From the NCBI GenBank assembly GCA_034669905.1, contig JAXMOL010000011.1, positions 32,001 to 96,000 of the forward strand: a stretch of 64,000 nucleotides of DNA, read 5' to 3'. The notes beneath the pieces are model-generated. The model made no database searches and was not told the DNA's origin. It saw nothing but the letters and a program-made list of their open reading frames with translations. A program made the position numbers and the translations under genes. The DNA is from Candidatus Hydrogenedentota bacterium (GTDB taxonomy: Bacteria > Hydrogenedentota > Hydrogenedentia > Hydrogenedentales > JAEUWI01). Shown here in pieces: positions 38,927 to 49,319 of the stretch; within the stretch, counting starts at the first letter, position 1, and each line of letters starts with the position of its first letter.

Positions 38927-39784
38927 ATGGATTCTGCGAAACGTGATCAGTTGATTCGGGACGGGTACTGTGTGTTCCCGAATATTTTGCCCCCCGCATT
39001 GCTGGCGGACCTACAGCGGGTCACGGGAGAGATTCTGGACGGCCTGCCCACGGAACACGAGCAGGACAACCGGTCAACGGGAAGCATGGTCTCGGTCTAT
39101 GAGCACCCCCTCTTCGCCGATCTCATCGCCCTGCCCGAAGCCCAGGAGGCGTTGCGTTCGCTGGGCTTTTCCAAGGCCGGATTCTCCAGTGGCTACATCA
39201 TCAGCAAGCCACCCAAGAGTCCGCGGCTCTTCTGGCACTATGATTGGGCCGGATGGGATGCTCCAGAATCCTTTACCGAACAAGTCCCCCAAATCTTTTT
39301 CATGTATTACCTGACCCATACGCGGCGGGAGAATGGCTGCCTTCGGGTGGTCCCCGGGTCCCACACGCGGGACAACGACCTCCTCCCCTTGCTCGATGAG
39401 GCCCACACGCCCGAATTGCTCCGGGCAGCCGACCCAAGCCGCCCGGCTTTCAGCGATCGCCCCGATGAGGTGGATGTCCCTATTACGGCGGGTGACCTGC
39501 TGATTGGCGACTCCCGTCTGCTGCACGCCTCCCACGCCAACAACAGCGATGCGCGGCGCACGGTCATCACCCTGTGGTTTCACCCCGACACCCACCTCCT
39601 GGGCGAACGCTTGCAGGCCTTCATCGGCGACATGGTTTCCGACCCGCCCGCCGATTGGCCTGAAGCGACCCGAAACAAGACGGAGGCCATGCTGGCCCGG
39701 TACTCCGGGGATGCCCCGGCATGGCCCTGGAACCGCCACCGGCCTTACCCTTCGCCGGTCGTTGATCTCGTATCGCCCGACTAG
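38927..39784 (+). CDS. Phytanoyl-CoA dioxygenase (PhyH) family
   Basis: WHYD, ENGCLRVVPGSH, AGDLLI.DSRLLHASHAN.S..RR. Confidence 0.9.
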   Translation: MDSAKRDQLIRDGYCVFPNILPPALLADLQRVTGEILDGLPTEHEQDNRSTGSMVSVYEHPLFADLIALPEAQEALRSLGFSKAGFSSGYIISKPPKSPRLFWHYDWAGWDAPESFTEQVPQIFFMYYLTHTRRENGCLRVVPGSHTRDNDLLPLLDEAHTPELLRAADPSRPAFSDRPDEVDVPITAGDLLIGDSRLLHASHANNSDARRTVITLWFHPDTHLLGERLQAFIGDMVSDPPADWPEATRNKTEAMLARYSGDAPAWPWNRHRPYPSPVVDLVSPD

Positions 39785-39841
39785 AAGACGCGGTCTGTTG
39801 CTGCGGATCTCCATTCTCTATCGTCAAGAAAGCGCAAATTA

Positions 39842-41323
39842 ATGAAGTACCCCTATTCAAACTCCCTATCCACCAGGGCGCTCCTCCCCATGGCGATTGT
39901 TCTCACCGCCATCGTATTTCATCTCGATGTGGCCTCCCTGGAGAAAGCCCAGATCGCGGTCAGTCCAAGCGGGCACTACATCGCATACGGCGATGAAACG
40001 TTGATGCTTATCGGAGACAGTGGCACCCAGGTTGTCATGCAGAACGTAAACATCGACTACCGTCAATGGATAGACGAGTGCGCAGCCCGAGGCATTCGCG
40101 CCGTCCATGTCTGGTCTTTCATGGCGCCCCGCCAAAAGCAGGATGGCAGTCTGGTTGAAGCACGCTTTGGCTATGTATATCCCGGCATCACGCCCTGGAA
40201 ACGGGCCGCCTCGGGGCCCCTTGCCACGGACCAGCTACCCCGCTGGGATCTCACGGCTTTTGACGAAGGTCCAGAGGGCGATGCTACGCACTATTGGCCT
40301 CGTCTGCGTGACCTCTGTGGCTATGCGAAGAAAAAGAATATCATCGTTGGCTATACCGTGTTCACGGGCTGGATGAAGGGCAATGGTGGTGCCTGGCCGT
40401 ATCATCCATTCAATGAAGTGAATGGTGGGCACTTAACGACATTTCCTGATGCGGGTGTCACCATCGAAAGCCCGGGAACGGAAGTCTGGCAGCAGGAATG
40501 GAATGAAGCCTGGCCCGACACCCGAAAGACCCAATGGATTTGGGAGCGGTTCGCCAAGAAGGCGATCGATGACCTCGCATCCCTGGGCAATGTGTTCTTC
40601 GTCTACTATGACGAACATTCCTATACCGAAGGCAATATGGGGGACCATTTCGCCGAGTTCTTTCGAAGTCGCGGGGCCTGGTGGGTCGATTGGAGCGCGC
40701 GCCGCGGACAGGTCGATATGGTGTACGATCAGCATCTGCTGACGAAAGATGGGGATCGTGGGTTAGCAGGCCAGTTTAACAAACACCCCGTCCGTCCCTT
40801 CGTGGGCTTGGAAGAGGGGGGCACTTCTGGTTTCAACTACACCTCCGACCTGCTGCATATCCTATGGCGCTATACCACCGCGGGCGGGCACTTCTTCCAC
40901 CACAACGATGCCGAACAGGAAACAGAGACGACCGGGGTCATGATATACGACCCCCATGTCACCCCCGCAGGCGACGAGGACCAGGTGTTCGAACGGCTCT
41001 CGTGGCTGGGAAATGCCTCCCAGTTTTTTAATACGCACGTAAAAAATCTGGACGCACTGAAACCCAACCACGGGTTTGTGGGGAAAGACTTTTTCTGCCT
41101 GGCGGACCCCGGGAGGGAATATGTAGTCTATGCACCGGAAACCTCACCGGAACAATTCACGTTGGACTTGAGTGATCTACGCGGCCCATTCGCGTATCGA
41201 TTCTACAATCCCTATACGGGCGAATTCCTGGAGGCCGTACGCGAAACAAGCACGCCTATACTCACGCTTGTCAAACCCAACCCGACTGCATGGGTCCTCC
41301 ACCTGTTCAGCCTGGAACATTGA
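39842..41323 (+). CDS. Secreted putative glycoside hydrolase-like protein with C-terminal collagen-binding-like domain
   Basis: TIM-barrel-like region (YWPRLRDL, HPFNEVN) and C-terminal CLADPGREYVVY...RFYNPYTGE. Confidence 0.65.
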   Translation: MKYPYSNSLSTRALLPMAIVLTAIVFHLDVASLEKAQIAVSPSGHYIAYGDETLMLIGDSGTQVVMQNVNIDYRQWIDECAARGIRAVHVWSFMAPRQKQDGSLVEARFGYVYPGITPWKRAASGPLATDQLPRWDLTAFDEGPEGDATHYWPRLRDLCGYAKKKNIIVGYTVFTGWMKGNGGAWPYHPFNEVNGGHLTTFPDAGVTIESPGTEVWQQEWNEAWPDTRKTQWIWERFAKKAIDDLASLGNVFFVYYDEHSYTEGNMGDHFAEFFRSRGAWWVDWSARRGQVDMVYDQHLLTKDGDRGLAGQFNKHPVRPFVGLEEGGTSGFNYTSDLLHILWRYTTAGGHFFHHNDAEQETETTGVMIYDPHVTPAGDEDQVFERLSWLGNASQFFNTHVKNLDALKPNHGFVGKDFFCLADPGREYVVYAPETSPEQFTLDLSDLRGPFAYRFYNPYTGEFLEAVRETSTPILTLVKPNPTAWVLHLFSLEH

Positions 41324-41336
41324 AATTGGACCTGAT

Positions 41337-42254
41337 ATGACCCCCATTGCGAATTTACGCGGCATCGTCACGGTATTGAACACCCCGTTCAACGCCGACA
41401 ACAGTCTCGACCTGCCGGGACTCCGGCAGAATGTAGAGAACGCCATCCGCGCCGGGGTCGCGGGATTCCTGGTTCCGGCCATGGCGAGTGAGGTGGGCTC
41501 TCTCAGTGAAATTGAGCGTTATGAACTGGTAAAAGCGACGGTGGAAGTCTCTGCTGGTCGCGTGCCCATTATCGGGGGGGCATCGGCCACCGATCAGGCC
41601 ACCCGGATGGAAGCCGCCAATACCCTCATTGACCTGGGCTGTGCGGGCATCCTGGTCAACATGCCCTATGAGAATCCCGGCAGTTACACCAGTCACGTGG
41701 AGGCCCTGGCCGCGTTGGATCCGGGCTTCCTCATGTTGCAGGATTGGGATGCCAATGGCTATGGAATTCCGGTGCCGCTTATCGTGGAGCTCTTCCGAGC
41801 GATTCCCGCCTTCAAGTGTCTCAAGGTGGAAGTGGTCCCTGCGGGTCCCAAATACACCGAGGTGTTAGAGGCGACGGACGGACAGCTCCATGTCTCGGGT
41901 GGCTGGGCCGTTTCCCAGATGATTGAGGGCCTGGAACGGGGAGTCCATGCGTTTATGCCCACGGGGATGCATCCCATCTACTGCACGATTTACAACACCT
42001 ATATGGCAGGCGATCGGGAAGCGGCCCAACAGCTCTTTGAGCGGCTCATGCCCATCCTCGCCTTTTCCAATCAGCACCTGGATATTTCCATCCATTTTTT
42101 TAAGCGGCTGCTTCATGCCCAGGGCATCTACGCCACCGATCAGGTGCGCAGCCCCAAAGTGCGCTTCGACGCCATTCATCAGGCGAACGCCGACCGGCTG
42201 ATCCAGCGCGTGATGGGGTTGGAAGTCGAAGTGGCCGATACAAAGTGGAAGTAA
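41337..42254 (+). CDS. Dihydrodipicolinate synthase (DapA/NanA) family aldolase
   Basis: GIVTVLNTPF, ASEVGSLSEIER, GRVPIIGG and the Schiff-base Lys in LKVE. Confidence 0.88.
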   Translation: MTPIANLRGIVTVLNTPFNADNSLDLPGLRQNVENAIRAGVAGFLVPAMASEVGSLSEIERYELVKATVEVSAGRVPIIGGASATDQATRMEAANTLIDLGCAGILVNMPYENPGSYTSHVEALAALDPGFLMLQDWDANGYGIPVPLIVELFRAIPAFKCLKVEVVPAGPKYTEVLEATDGQLHVSGGWAVSQMIEGLERGVHAFMPTGMHPIYCTIYNTYMAGDREAAQQLFERLMPILAFSNQHLDISIHFFKRLLHAQGIYATDQVRSPKVRFDAIHQANADRLIQRVMGLEVEVADTKWK

Positions 42255-42551
42255 GGAACGGTGCCCCCTTGTTCGCGTAGGGTGTGGCCCTGAAATCGCG
42301 TTAACTCTTTTCGTTAAACGATTGGGGATGTTGCGATACGGTTATTGGATACATGGTGCGGGCTTACAGCCCTTTTAATCAATATTTTTTTCGTGCATGG
42401 GGCGACGCCCCGGGAATGAGGGAACGGCATGCCCGCAGAGGGCTGAACGTTCGACCCATAAATTGAGAAAGCAACGTTGCGATAGTTTCCCCCTTTTGCG
42501 CGCATGGCAATCGGCACTATCAGAATGGCACCCATTAACAAAGGAATTCCC

Positions 42552-43916
42552 ATGTTATCGAATCGATTTGTCCTTGCCCTATTCGTCCTCCTTGCGGGTT
42601 TCTCGGCCCCCGGTGCCGACTTCGCCCTGGCCACCTTCAACGTGGACGCCACGCCGCCCGTGGGTGCCCCCCTCTGCATCGGAACCCGCAAACCCGTTGT
42701 GGATGTGACCGACCCACTCTCGGCGCGGGGCATCGTGCTCGTCCCCGCCGACCAGTTGCCCATCGTCTTGTGTGCGGTGGATTGGGTAGGCATCGCAAAC
42801 AGTGGCAACACGGCCTGGCGCGAGGCCCTGGCGAAAGCCGCGAACACCACGCCCGACCGGGTCGCTGTCCACGCCCTTCACCAGCACGATGCGCCCTACT
42901 GTGGTTTTGCCATTGAAGATATTCTCACCCCCTATGGCCTCAACGGCAAGGCCTCGGACCCCGACTTCGCACGGACCGTCATCAAGCGGGCCGCCGACGC
43001 AGTTTCCCGGGCGGCGGCCAATCCCGTGACCGTCACGCATATGGGCGTCGGTGAAGCGGTGGTAGAACACATCGCGTCGAACCGACGCATTCTCGGCGCC
43101 GACGGCAAGGTCGCCAAGGTGCGCTTTACGGCCACCAAGAATCCAGAACTCCAGGCGGCCCCCGTGGGCACCATCGACCCCTTCCTGAAGACCGTCACCT
43201 TCTGGGCCAGTGAAACGCCCCTGGCCGTGCTCACCTACTATGCCACCCACCCCCAGAGTCACTATGGACAGGGGCACGTTACCGCCGATTTCGTGGGTAT
43301 GGCGCGCACCGCACGGGAGGAAGCCCTCCATGGCGTGCCCCACATCCACTTTAACGGCGCGGGCGGCAATCTCGGTGCGGGCAAGTGGAACGATGGGAGC
43401 CCGGAGAACCGCCCCCGTCTCGCCGCGCGTCTGGCGGATGGCATGGAGCGGGCCTGGAATGGCGCGACCAAGAACCCTGTGGCCGATCTGACGTTGGATT
43501 GGGCCGTGGAAAAGGTCATTCTTCCGATACGAGAAGACGTCGACGACGACACGGTAGCCACGACCCTCGCGAACACCGAGGAGAAAGAAACCTTCCGCGT
43601 CCGGATGGCCCGCGAGATTGCCTTTCGCGAACGGATGCGCGCCGGAACCCCCATCGTTATCAGCCGTCTACGTTTGGGCGACGTCCAGCTGCTTCACCTG
43701 CCGGGAGAACTCTTTGTGGAATATCAGATTGCCGCCCAGGACATGGCGTCCAATGATTTCGTATGTCTGGCCGCCTACGGGGATTATGGCACGGGCTACA
43801 TCGGCACAGCCGTGGCCTATGGGGAAGGGGGCTACGAGACCAAGATGTACACCTCACGCACGGCCCCGGAGGTCGAAGCGGTCTTGATGGACACGATGAA
43901 GAAGCTGGTGGAGTAA
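42552..43916 (+). CDS. Secreted neutral-ceramidase-like hydrolase (hypothetical)
   Basis: Signal peptide; DPLSARG, HALHQHDAP, YATHPQS, LPGELFVEY and GGYET. Confidence 0.7.
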   Translation: MLSNRFVLALFVLLAGFSAPGADFALATFNVDATPPVGAPLCIGTRKPVVDVTDPLSARGIVLVPADQLPIVLCAVDWVGIANSGNTAWREALAKAANTTPDRVAVHALHQHDAPYCGFAIEDILTPYGLNGKASDPDFARTVIKRAADAVSRAAANPVTVTHMGVGEAVVEHIASNRRILGADGKVAKVRFTATKNPELQAAPVGTIDPFLKTVTFWASETPLAVLTYYATHPQSHYGQGHVTADFVGMARTAREEALHGVPHIHFNGAGGNLGAGKWNDGSPENRPRLAARLADGMERAWNGATKNPVADLTLDWAVEKVILPIREDVDDDTVATTLANTEEKETFRVRMAREIAFRERMRAGTPIVISRLRLGDVQLLHLPGELFVEYQIAAQDMASNDFVCLAAYGDYGTGYIGTAVAYGEGGYETKMYTSRTAPEVEAVLMDTMKKLVE

Positions 43917-44012
43917 GGGCTGGACGATATTCCTATTGCCAAGACTGGATTGCGCCTGACTGGAAGTTTTCTGGTTGGTGTAGTCTACACGCCCACCTGA
44001 TATGATCCGACA

Positions 44013-44224
44013 AAGATCTCGTGCCACGCGATACCGAGTAGAACGAGGTTTCGTGTGCGTGGAGCAAACGTATTCTAGCCTGCCTCGAGAGCGGTTTTTA
44101 GTGGGCGTATAAATCCGAAGCAATCCATGGGACGCTCGCTCGAGAAATCCCTTGTAGCGGAATCGTCCCCATTGCTCCATGCACACGAAGTCTCGCAGCA
44201 CTCGACATCGCGTGGCACAAAGAC
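44013..44224 (+). ncRNA. 6S RNA-like rod-shaped ncRNA
   Basis: About 200-nt imperfect hairpin: 44021-44067 pairs with 44172-44218, then an internal bubble, then an apical stem 44084-44144. Extended -10 TGATATGAT at 43998-44006. Most G-U pairs favour the + strand. Confidence 0.6.
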
Positions 44225-44352
44225 AACCCGTCACCATAAATATCCCGCCCCAAAAAAAGTAGGAGCTCATATCACTGGTGCGTTGCCATCAAAACTGATA
44301 CAATATTCAGTGACGCTACAGCGGGAAACTTCAGGAAATTTGGGAGTCATAC

Positions 44353-45873
44353 ATGGTTGAATTGATTGGTGCGGCGGCGGCAGGACTCCTGGTGGGTGGG
44401 CTCGTCGCCGCGCTCTGGGTTCAGAGTCGTGCGACGGCAGCGGCGGCCGACCAGGCGTCCAAGTATCGCCACGTTCAGGGGGTATCGGAAGAGCGCTTTC
44501 GCCAGTTTGAGCAACACGCCAGCCAACAGCAGAAAGAGCTGCACCAGGCCCGTCAATCCCTCGAACAATACCGCAGCGCCCTGCAGAATACCCGGGCCCA
44601 CCTGGCCGCCAGCGCGGAGCGCAACAGCCGCCTGCCCGAAATGGAGGCCCAAATAGCCAACGCCCAGGCACGGTGCGACATGCTCCAGGAGGACAACACG
44701 GGCCTGAAGATGCGCGTCGCCGAGCTGGAAACCCTGCTCATCGATGAGCGTCGGGCAAGCAGAGACAAGCTCGCAGTTCTTGACGACGCCCAGAACAGCC
44801 TGCGCGATATGTTCTCGGCCCTTTCCTCTGAGGCCCTCCAGCACAACAACACGTCTTTCCTCGAACTCGCCCGGGAGAACCTGGCCCAGTTTCAGGAAAA
44901 GGCACAGGGCGACCTCACGGCCCGCCAGCAGGCTATCTACGCGCTGGTCAATCCCCTCAAGGAATCGCTGGAGCAGGTCAACGCCCGTATCAATGGCGTG
45001 GAGAAGGAACGGGTCTCCGCCTATGCCCAATTGACGGAGCAGGTCAAAGTGCTGGCGACAGGCCATGCCAACCTGCAGGCCGAAACGGGCAACCTGGTGA
45101 AGGCCCTCCGCGCCCCGGCCACCCGGGGACGGTGGGGCGAGCTCCAGTTGAAGCGGGTTGTCGAACTGGCGGGCATGACAGCCTACTGCGATTTTTCCGA
45201 GCAGGTGAACCTGGCCACCGAAGAGGGCCCCCAACGGCCCGATCTGGTGGTCAACCTGCCCAACAACAAGCGCATCGTCATCGACGCGAAGGTATCCCTC
45301 CAGGCCTACCTCGATGCCCTGGAGTCGGAAGTCGACCTGGAGCAGGGACGTCACCTGAAAGAACATGCGCGGCAGGTAGGGAACCACGTACAACAACTCG
45401 GTGCCAAGGCCTATTGGCGCCAGTTTGAGCAAACCCCCGAGTTTGTCGTGCTCTTTCTTCCGGGCGAGCATTTCTTCAGCGCCGCACTCAGCGAGGCCCC
45501 CGATCTCATCGAGCGGGGTGTCAAGCAAAAGGTCATCATCGCCACGCCCACAACCCTCATTGCCCTCTTGCAGGCCGTGGCCTTTGGCTGGCGGCAGGAA
45601 CAACTCGCTGAGAATGCCCAGGTCATCAGCCAATTGGGACGCCAGCTCTATGACCGCATCCGCACGCTGGCAGAACACTTCGACGATATGCGGAAGGGCC
45701 TCGACCGCGCCAACGGCGCCTACAACAAGGCGGTCGGTACCCTGGAGAGTCGCGTGTTGGTGAGTGCCCGCAAGTTCAAGTCGCTGGGTGCGGGCAAAGG
45801 GGAGGCCTTGCCGGAACTCGACGGGGTGGAACAAGCGCCCCGCGCCTTGCAAATCCCGGAAGACGAAGTCTAA
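44353..45873 (+). CDS. rmuC: DNA recombination protein RmuC
   Basis: N-terminal TM and coiled coil; [32 protein letters not shown] and [10 protein letters not shown]. Confidence 0.95.
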   Translation: MVELIGAAAAGLLVGGLVAALWVQSRATAAAADQASKYRHVQGVSEERFRQFEQHASQQQKELHQARQSLEQYRSALQNTRAHLAASAERNSRLPEMEAQIANAQARCDMLQEDNTGLKMRVAELETLLIDERRASRDKLAVLDDAQNSLRDMFSALSSEALQHNNTSFLELARENLAQFQEKAQGDLTARQQAIYALVNPLKESLEQVNARINGVEKERVSAYAQLTEQVKVLATGHANLQAETGNLVKALRAPATRGRWGELQLKRVVELAGMTAYCDFSEQVNLATEEGPQRPDLVVNLPNNKRIVIDAKVSLQAYLDALESEVDLEQGRHLKEHARQVGNHVQQLGAKAYWRQFEQTPEFVVLFLPGEHFFSAALSEAPDLIERGVKQKVIIATPTTLIALLQAVAFGWRQEQLAENAQVISQLGRQLYDRIRTLAEHFDDMRKGLDRANGAYNKAVGTLESRVLVSARKFKSLGAGKGEALPELDGVEQAPRALQIPEDEV

Positions 45874-45977
45874 CGGGAGCCTTTCCCGAGAAACGATGGG
45901 CGTGTCACAGTTATCTAAGCATGGGCAAACCCTACCGGACCTCCCCATGGCACCCTGGGCCTACTTGAGTGATGTCG

Positions 45978-46125
45978 GGGTGCCACCCTCAAATACGGGA
46001 GCTCCGCGACCGCCTTTGTGGGTGTAGCTTGGCCAGGTGCACGGGAGTCGTTTTGACGACGGGTAACTTTCAAGCGTCACCCACAAGCTTCTGTGGCTCC
46101 GCCACAACGCTTGAGGGTGGCACCC
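45978..46125. repeat. REPIN/MITE-like element, family A
   Basis: Terminal inverted repeats GGGTGCCACCCTCAA...TTGAGGGTGGCACCC with inner TTGTGGGTG/CACCCACAA. The same ends occur at 59877-60063. Confidence 0.8.
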
Positions 46126-46296
46126 GTGGTTCTCTTTGTACGGCTGGGTAGGACTGGCGCCCCCCCCATTGTGTGCCAGAATTTTCGTCCGTCCCTATTG
46201 ACGTTTCCTCCTTCATTCCGTAGTATGGTCGCTTCGCCGCGACCACGGGATGAGCTGTTCCGTCGCGGCCAATCGCGAATGGGAGAGCGAATCACG

Positions 46297-47706
46297 ATGG
46301 ATACCAAGCAAGATCTGCAATCAATTGTCCGGAAGGCCCCAACGGGCTGGTTGCTGCTCATGGCCCTGGGACCGGGCCTCATGTGGTGTGGCGAATACAT
46401 CGGCTCGGGAGAAGTGATTCTTTCCACCCGCTCCGGGGCCATCTTCGGTGTGAGTGTGCTGTGGGTGCCCGTCATGGCCATCGTGGCCAAGTTCTGGATC
46501 GGCCTGGCCGGAGCCCACTATACGGTCACCACCGGTGAAGGCATGATCGACATGATGGGTCGTATGCCCGGGCCAAAGAACTGGGTCATCTGGCCCGTTT
46601 TTTTCTGTCAGGCATGCTCGGCTTCTATTTCGACGGCAGGTGTTGCCAGTGCCGCCGGGGCCTTCGCGGCCTATTTCATTCCCCTATCCCCCGTGCTGCT
46701 GGGCTGGATAGCGGTCTTACTGGTTATCGCCGTCGTGTGGCGGGGGGTCTTCGGCTCGCTGAAACAGGCCATGTCCCTCATGGTGTTGTTCATCATTGTG
46801 GGTACCGTCGCCGTGGCCATCACCACCTGGCCGGGTACGGGTGCCGTACTCCATGGCCTCTTCGGCTTTGAACTGCCCGAAACGCCCGCGTGGGCCTTGG
46901 CTGATGGCCAATCCCCATCCCCCTGGAAAGAGCTCCTTCCCTTGCTGGGTTGGGCCGCCGGTGGCTTTGCCAGCCAGGTCTGGTATACCTATTGGGTGTT
47001 GGGTGCAGGCTATGGCATGGCCAAAGACCAGGGCTATGGCACGCCCATGGACGCCGACAAGCTTAAGCGTCTCACCCACGACGACGTAAAAAACCTCCAG
47101 GGCTGGCGCAGACTCGTCAACCTCGATGCGACGACCGCTGTGGTACTCGGCGTGCTGGTCACCTTGGCCTTTATGATCGCCGGTGCGGGGGTTCTCGGTC
47201 CGAAAGAGCTGGCCCCCAAAGGCCCCGAAGTCGCCTTGGAGTTGTCCCATATTTTCGGCACGCAGTGGGGTACCTTCGGTGCCGGGCTCTTTGTCTTGGC
47301 GGGGCTCGCGGCCATGTTGAGCACCATGATGGGCCAGTTTGCCGGTTGGCCACGCTTGCTCGCTGACTGCGTCCGCCTCCTCGCACCGGCCACCAAACGA
47401 TGGACCTGGAAGGCCCAGTTCCGAGTCTTCCTCATTGCGATAGCCGCGTCCAACATGCTTATTATCTACAACTCGGGCAAAGAGCCGGTGAAGTTGGTCC
47501 AATTCGGTGCCAAGCTCGACGGCCTACTGCTCACCCCCTTGCAGGCCATCGTGGTCGGCTGGGTACTCTATAAGGTGATGCCCACCTTCTTCGCCCCCGA
47601 ACACCGGAAGGCCCTCACCCCCGGTCCCCTGTTGGCCATCGGGCTGGCGTCTGCCTTCCTCATTTTTGGTTTCTTTTGTGTCTCGAAGATGGGTGAAATG
47701 TTTTGA
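46297..47706 (+). CDS. NRAMP-like / APC-fold secondary transporter
   Basis: LGPGL...IGSGEVI...GA.FG, YTVTTGEG; about 11 TM segments. Confidence 0.8.
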   Translation: MDTKQDLQSIVRKAPTGWLLLMALGPGLMWCGEYIGSGEVILSTRSGAIFGVSVLWVPVMAIVAKFWIGLAGAHYTVTTGEGMIDMMGRMPGPKNWVIWPVFFCQACSASISTAGVASAAGAFAAYFIPLSPVLLGWIAVLLVIAVVWRGVFGSLKQAMSLMVLFIIVGTVAVAITTWPGTGAVLHGLFGFELPETPAWALADGQSPSPWKELLPLLGWAAGGFASQVWYTYWVLGAGYGMAKDQGYGTPMDADKLKRLTHDDVKNLQGWRRLVNLDATTAVVLGVLVTLAFMIAGAGVLGPKELAPKGPEVALELSHIFGTQWGTFGAGLFVLAGLAAMLSTMMGQFAGWPRLLADCVRLLAPATKRWTWKAQFRVFLIAIAASNMLIIYNSGKEPVKLVQFGAKLDGLLLTPLQAIVVGWVLYKVMPTFFAPEHRKALTPGPLLAIGLASAFLIFGFFCVSKMGEMF

Positions 47707-47737
47707 GACGCACCACGCACTACCACAAAGGTTGTCC

Positions 47738-48778
47738 ATGAAAGCCCTCGTTCTCGAAGACTATAAGCAGTTTGTCTACAAAGACGTGCCCGACCCGAAG
47801 CCCCGCCCCGATGAGGTACTCATTGCGGTGAAAGCCTGCGGTATCTGCGGCAGCGACGTGCATGGCATGGATGGCAGCACGGGCCGTCGGCGCCCCCCGA
47901 TTGTCATGGGCCACGAGGCCGCCGGTGAAATCGTGGAGGTGGGGGCCGATGTCAGCGATTGGCAGGTGGGCGACCGGGTGACCTTTGACTCCACGGTCTA
48001 CTGTGGTACCTGCCACTTCTGTCGCCGGGGCCAGGCCAATCTGTGCGAAGACCGCCGTGTCCTCGGCGTCTCCTGCGCGGACTACAAACAACATGGGGCC
48101 TTTGCCGAGTTCGTTGCCGTACCCGAGCGGGTGCTCTACAAACTGCCCGACGAGCTGAGCTATGAAAAAGCCGCCCTGGTAGAGCCGGTCTCCATCGCCT
48201 TTCATGCCGTAAACCGTACCCCCATGGGGCTTAACAGTTCCGTGGTGGTCTTCGGGGCAGGCATGATTGGTCTATTGACCATCCAGGCCCTGCGCCTCGC
48301 CGGCTATGGCACCATTGTCGCCGTGGATCTCGACCCCGAGAAACTCGAGATAGCCCGTAAAGTCGGGGCGGATTATACCTTCCTCGCCAATGACGTGGAC
48401 CTCATACCCAACATCCTCACCCTGAGCCATGGCCGGGGTGCCGACCGCGTCTTTGAGGCGGTGGGCATTGAGGCCACCGTTAACGCTGCCTTCCAGGCCG
48501 TGCGGAAAGGTGGAGCCATCACCCTCATCGGCAATCTCGCCCCCGAAGTAAACTTCCCCCTCCAGTCGGCGGTGACCCGCGAAATCACGCTCTACGGCGT
48601 CTGTGCCTCCTGTGGCGAATATCCCGCCTGCCTGGATATGATTGCCCGGGGCAGCATCGATGTCGATCCCCTGCTCAGTGCCGTGGCTCCCCTTTCGGAA
48701 GGGGCGAGCTGGTTTGAACGGCTCTACAATAAAGAGCGGGGCCTCATGAAGGTGGTGTTGGTGCCTGACGGCGCGTGA
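47738..48778 (+). CDS. Zinc-dependent sugar-alcohol dehydrogenase
   Basis: CGICGSD, GHE, CGTCHFC...C and GAGMIG. Confidence 0.93.
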   Translation: MKALVLEDYKQFVYKDVPDPKPRPDEVLIAVKACGICGSDVHGMDGSTGRRRPPIVMGHEAAGEIVEVGADVSDWQVGDRVTFDSTVYCGTCHFCRRGQANLCEDRRVLGVSCADYKQHGAFAEFVAVPERVLYKLPDELSYEKAALVEPVSIAFHAVNRTPMGLNSSVVVFGAGMIGLLTIQALRLAGYGTIVAVDLDPEKLEIARKVGADYTFLANDVDLIPNILTLSHGRGADRVFEAVGIEATVNAAFQAVRKGGAITLIGNLAPEVNFPLQSAVTREITLYGVCASCGEYPACLDMIARGSIDVDPLLSAVAPLSEGASWFERLYNKERGLMKVVLVPDGA

Positions 48779-48837
48779 GTTCTATGCACGATGCCAAGTC
48801 GTACAGCAGACGGGACGTATGAACAAAGCGCGGACCG

Positions 48838-49280
48838 GGTCATTCCCGCGGAAGCGTGGGGTATCCTCGCCTCCCCTATTCCGCAGGAGCGGAATGGTAG
48901 GCATTGCTACGGCGGACCGTAGCAACGAGCGGGAATTCGTGTTTATTCGCGTCCATTCGTGGTTCAAAACCTTCTCTTCCGTGGAGTTCCGTACTTTCCG
49001 TGGTCAACAGAAGAACAACGCTTCTACCACGGAACACACAGAACTACACGGAAAGTATTGTTACCAGAAATGAGGGGATTGCCGCACGGCTGGCGTGTTG
49101 AATCCTACTGGCATCCGATGTTTCTCATTCCGTCCCAAAGAGCATCAACCATTTTCCGGATATAGAGTTCTTCGAAACGGGAATAGGATGCCGCCATGAA
49201 ACCCCCGCCTACCCTCCCCATCGCGCGGCACGGTTCTTCCTTCCCCTTCACTTCTTCGTGCCCTTCGTGTCCTTCGTGGT
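48838..49280. repeat. Cluster of short REP-like palindromes and 9-10-nt tandem repeats
   Basis: GTCATTCCCGCGGAAGCG; ATTCG(T/C)G x3; TTCCGT x3 with inverted CAC(G/A)GAA x3; CTTCGTG x3. Confidence 0.65.
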
Positions 49281-49319
49281 AGACTTTCCTCTTTACCCGC
49301 ACCATAACAAGGAAGTCCC

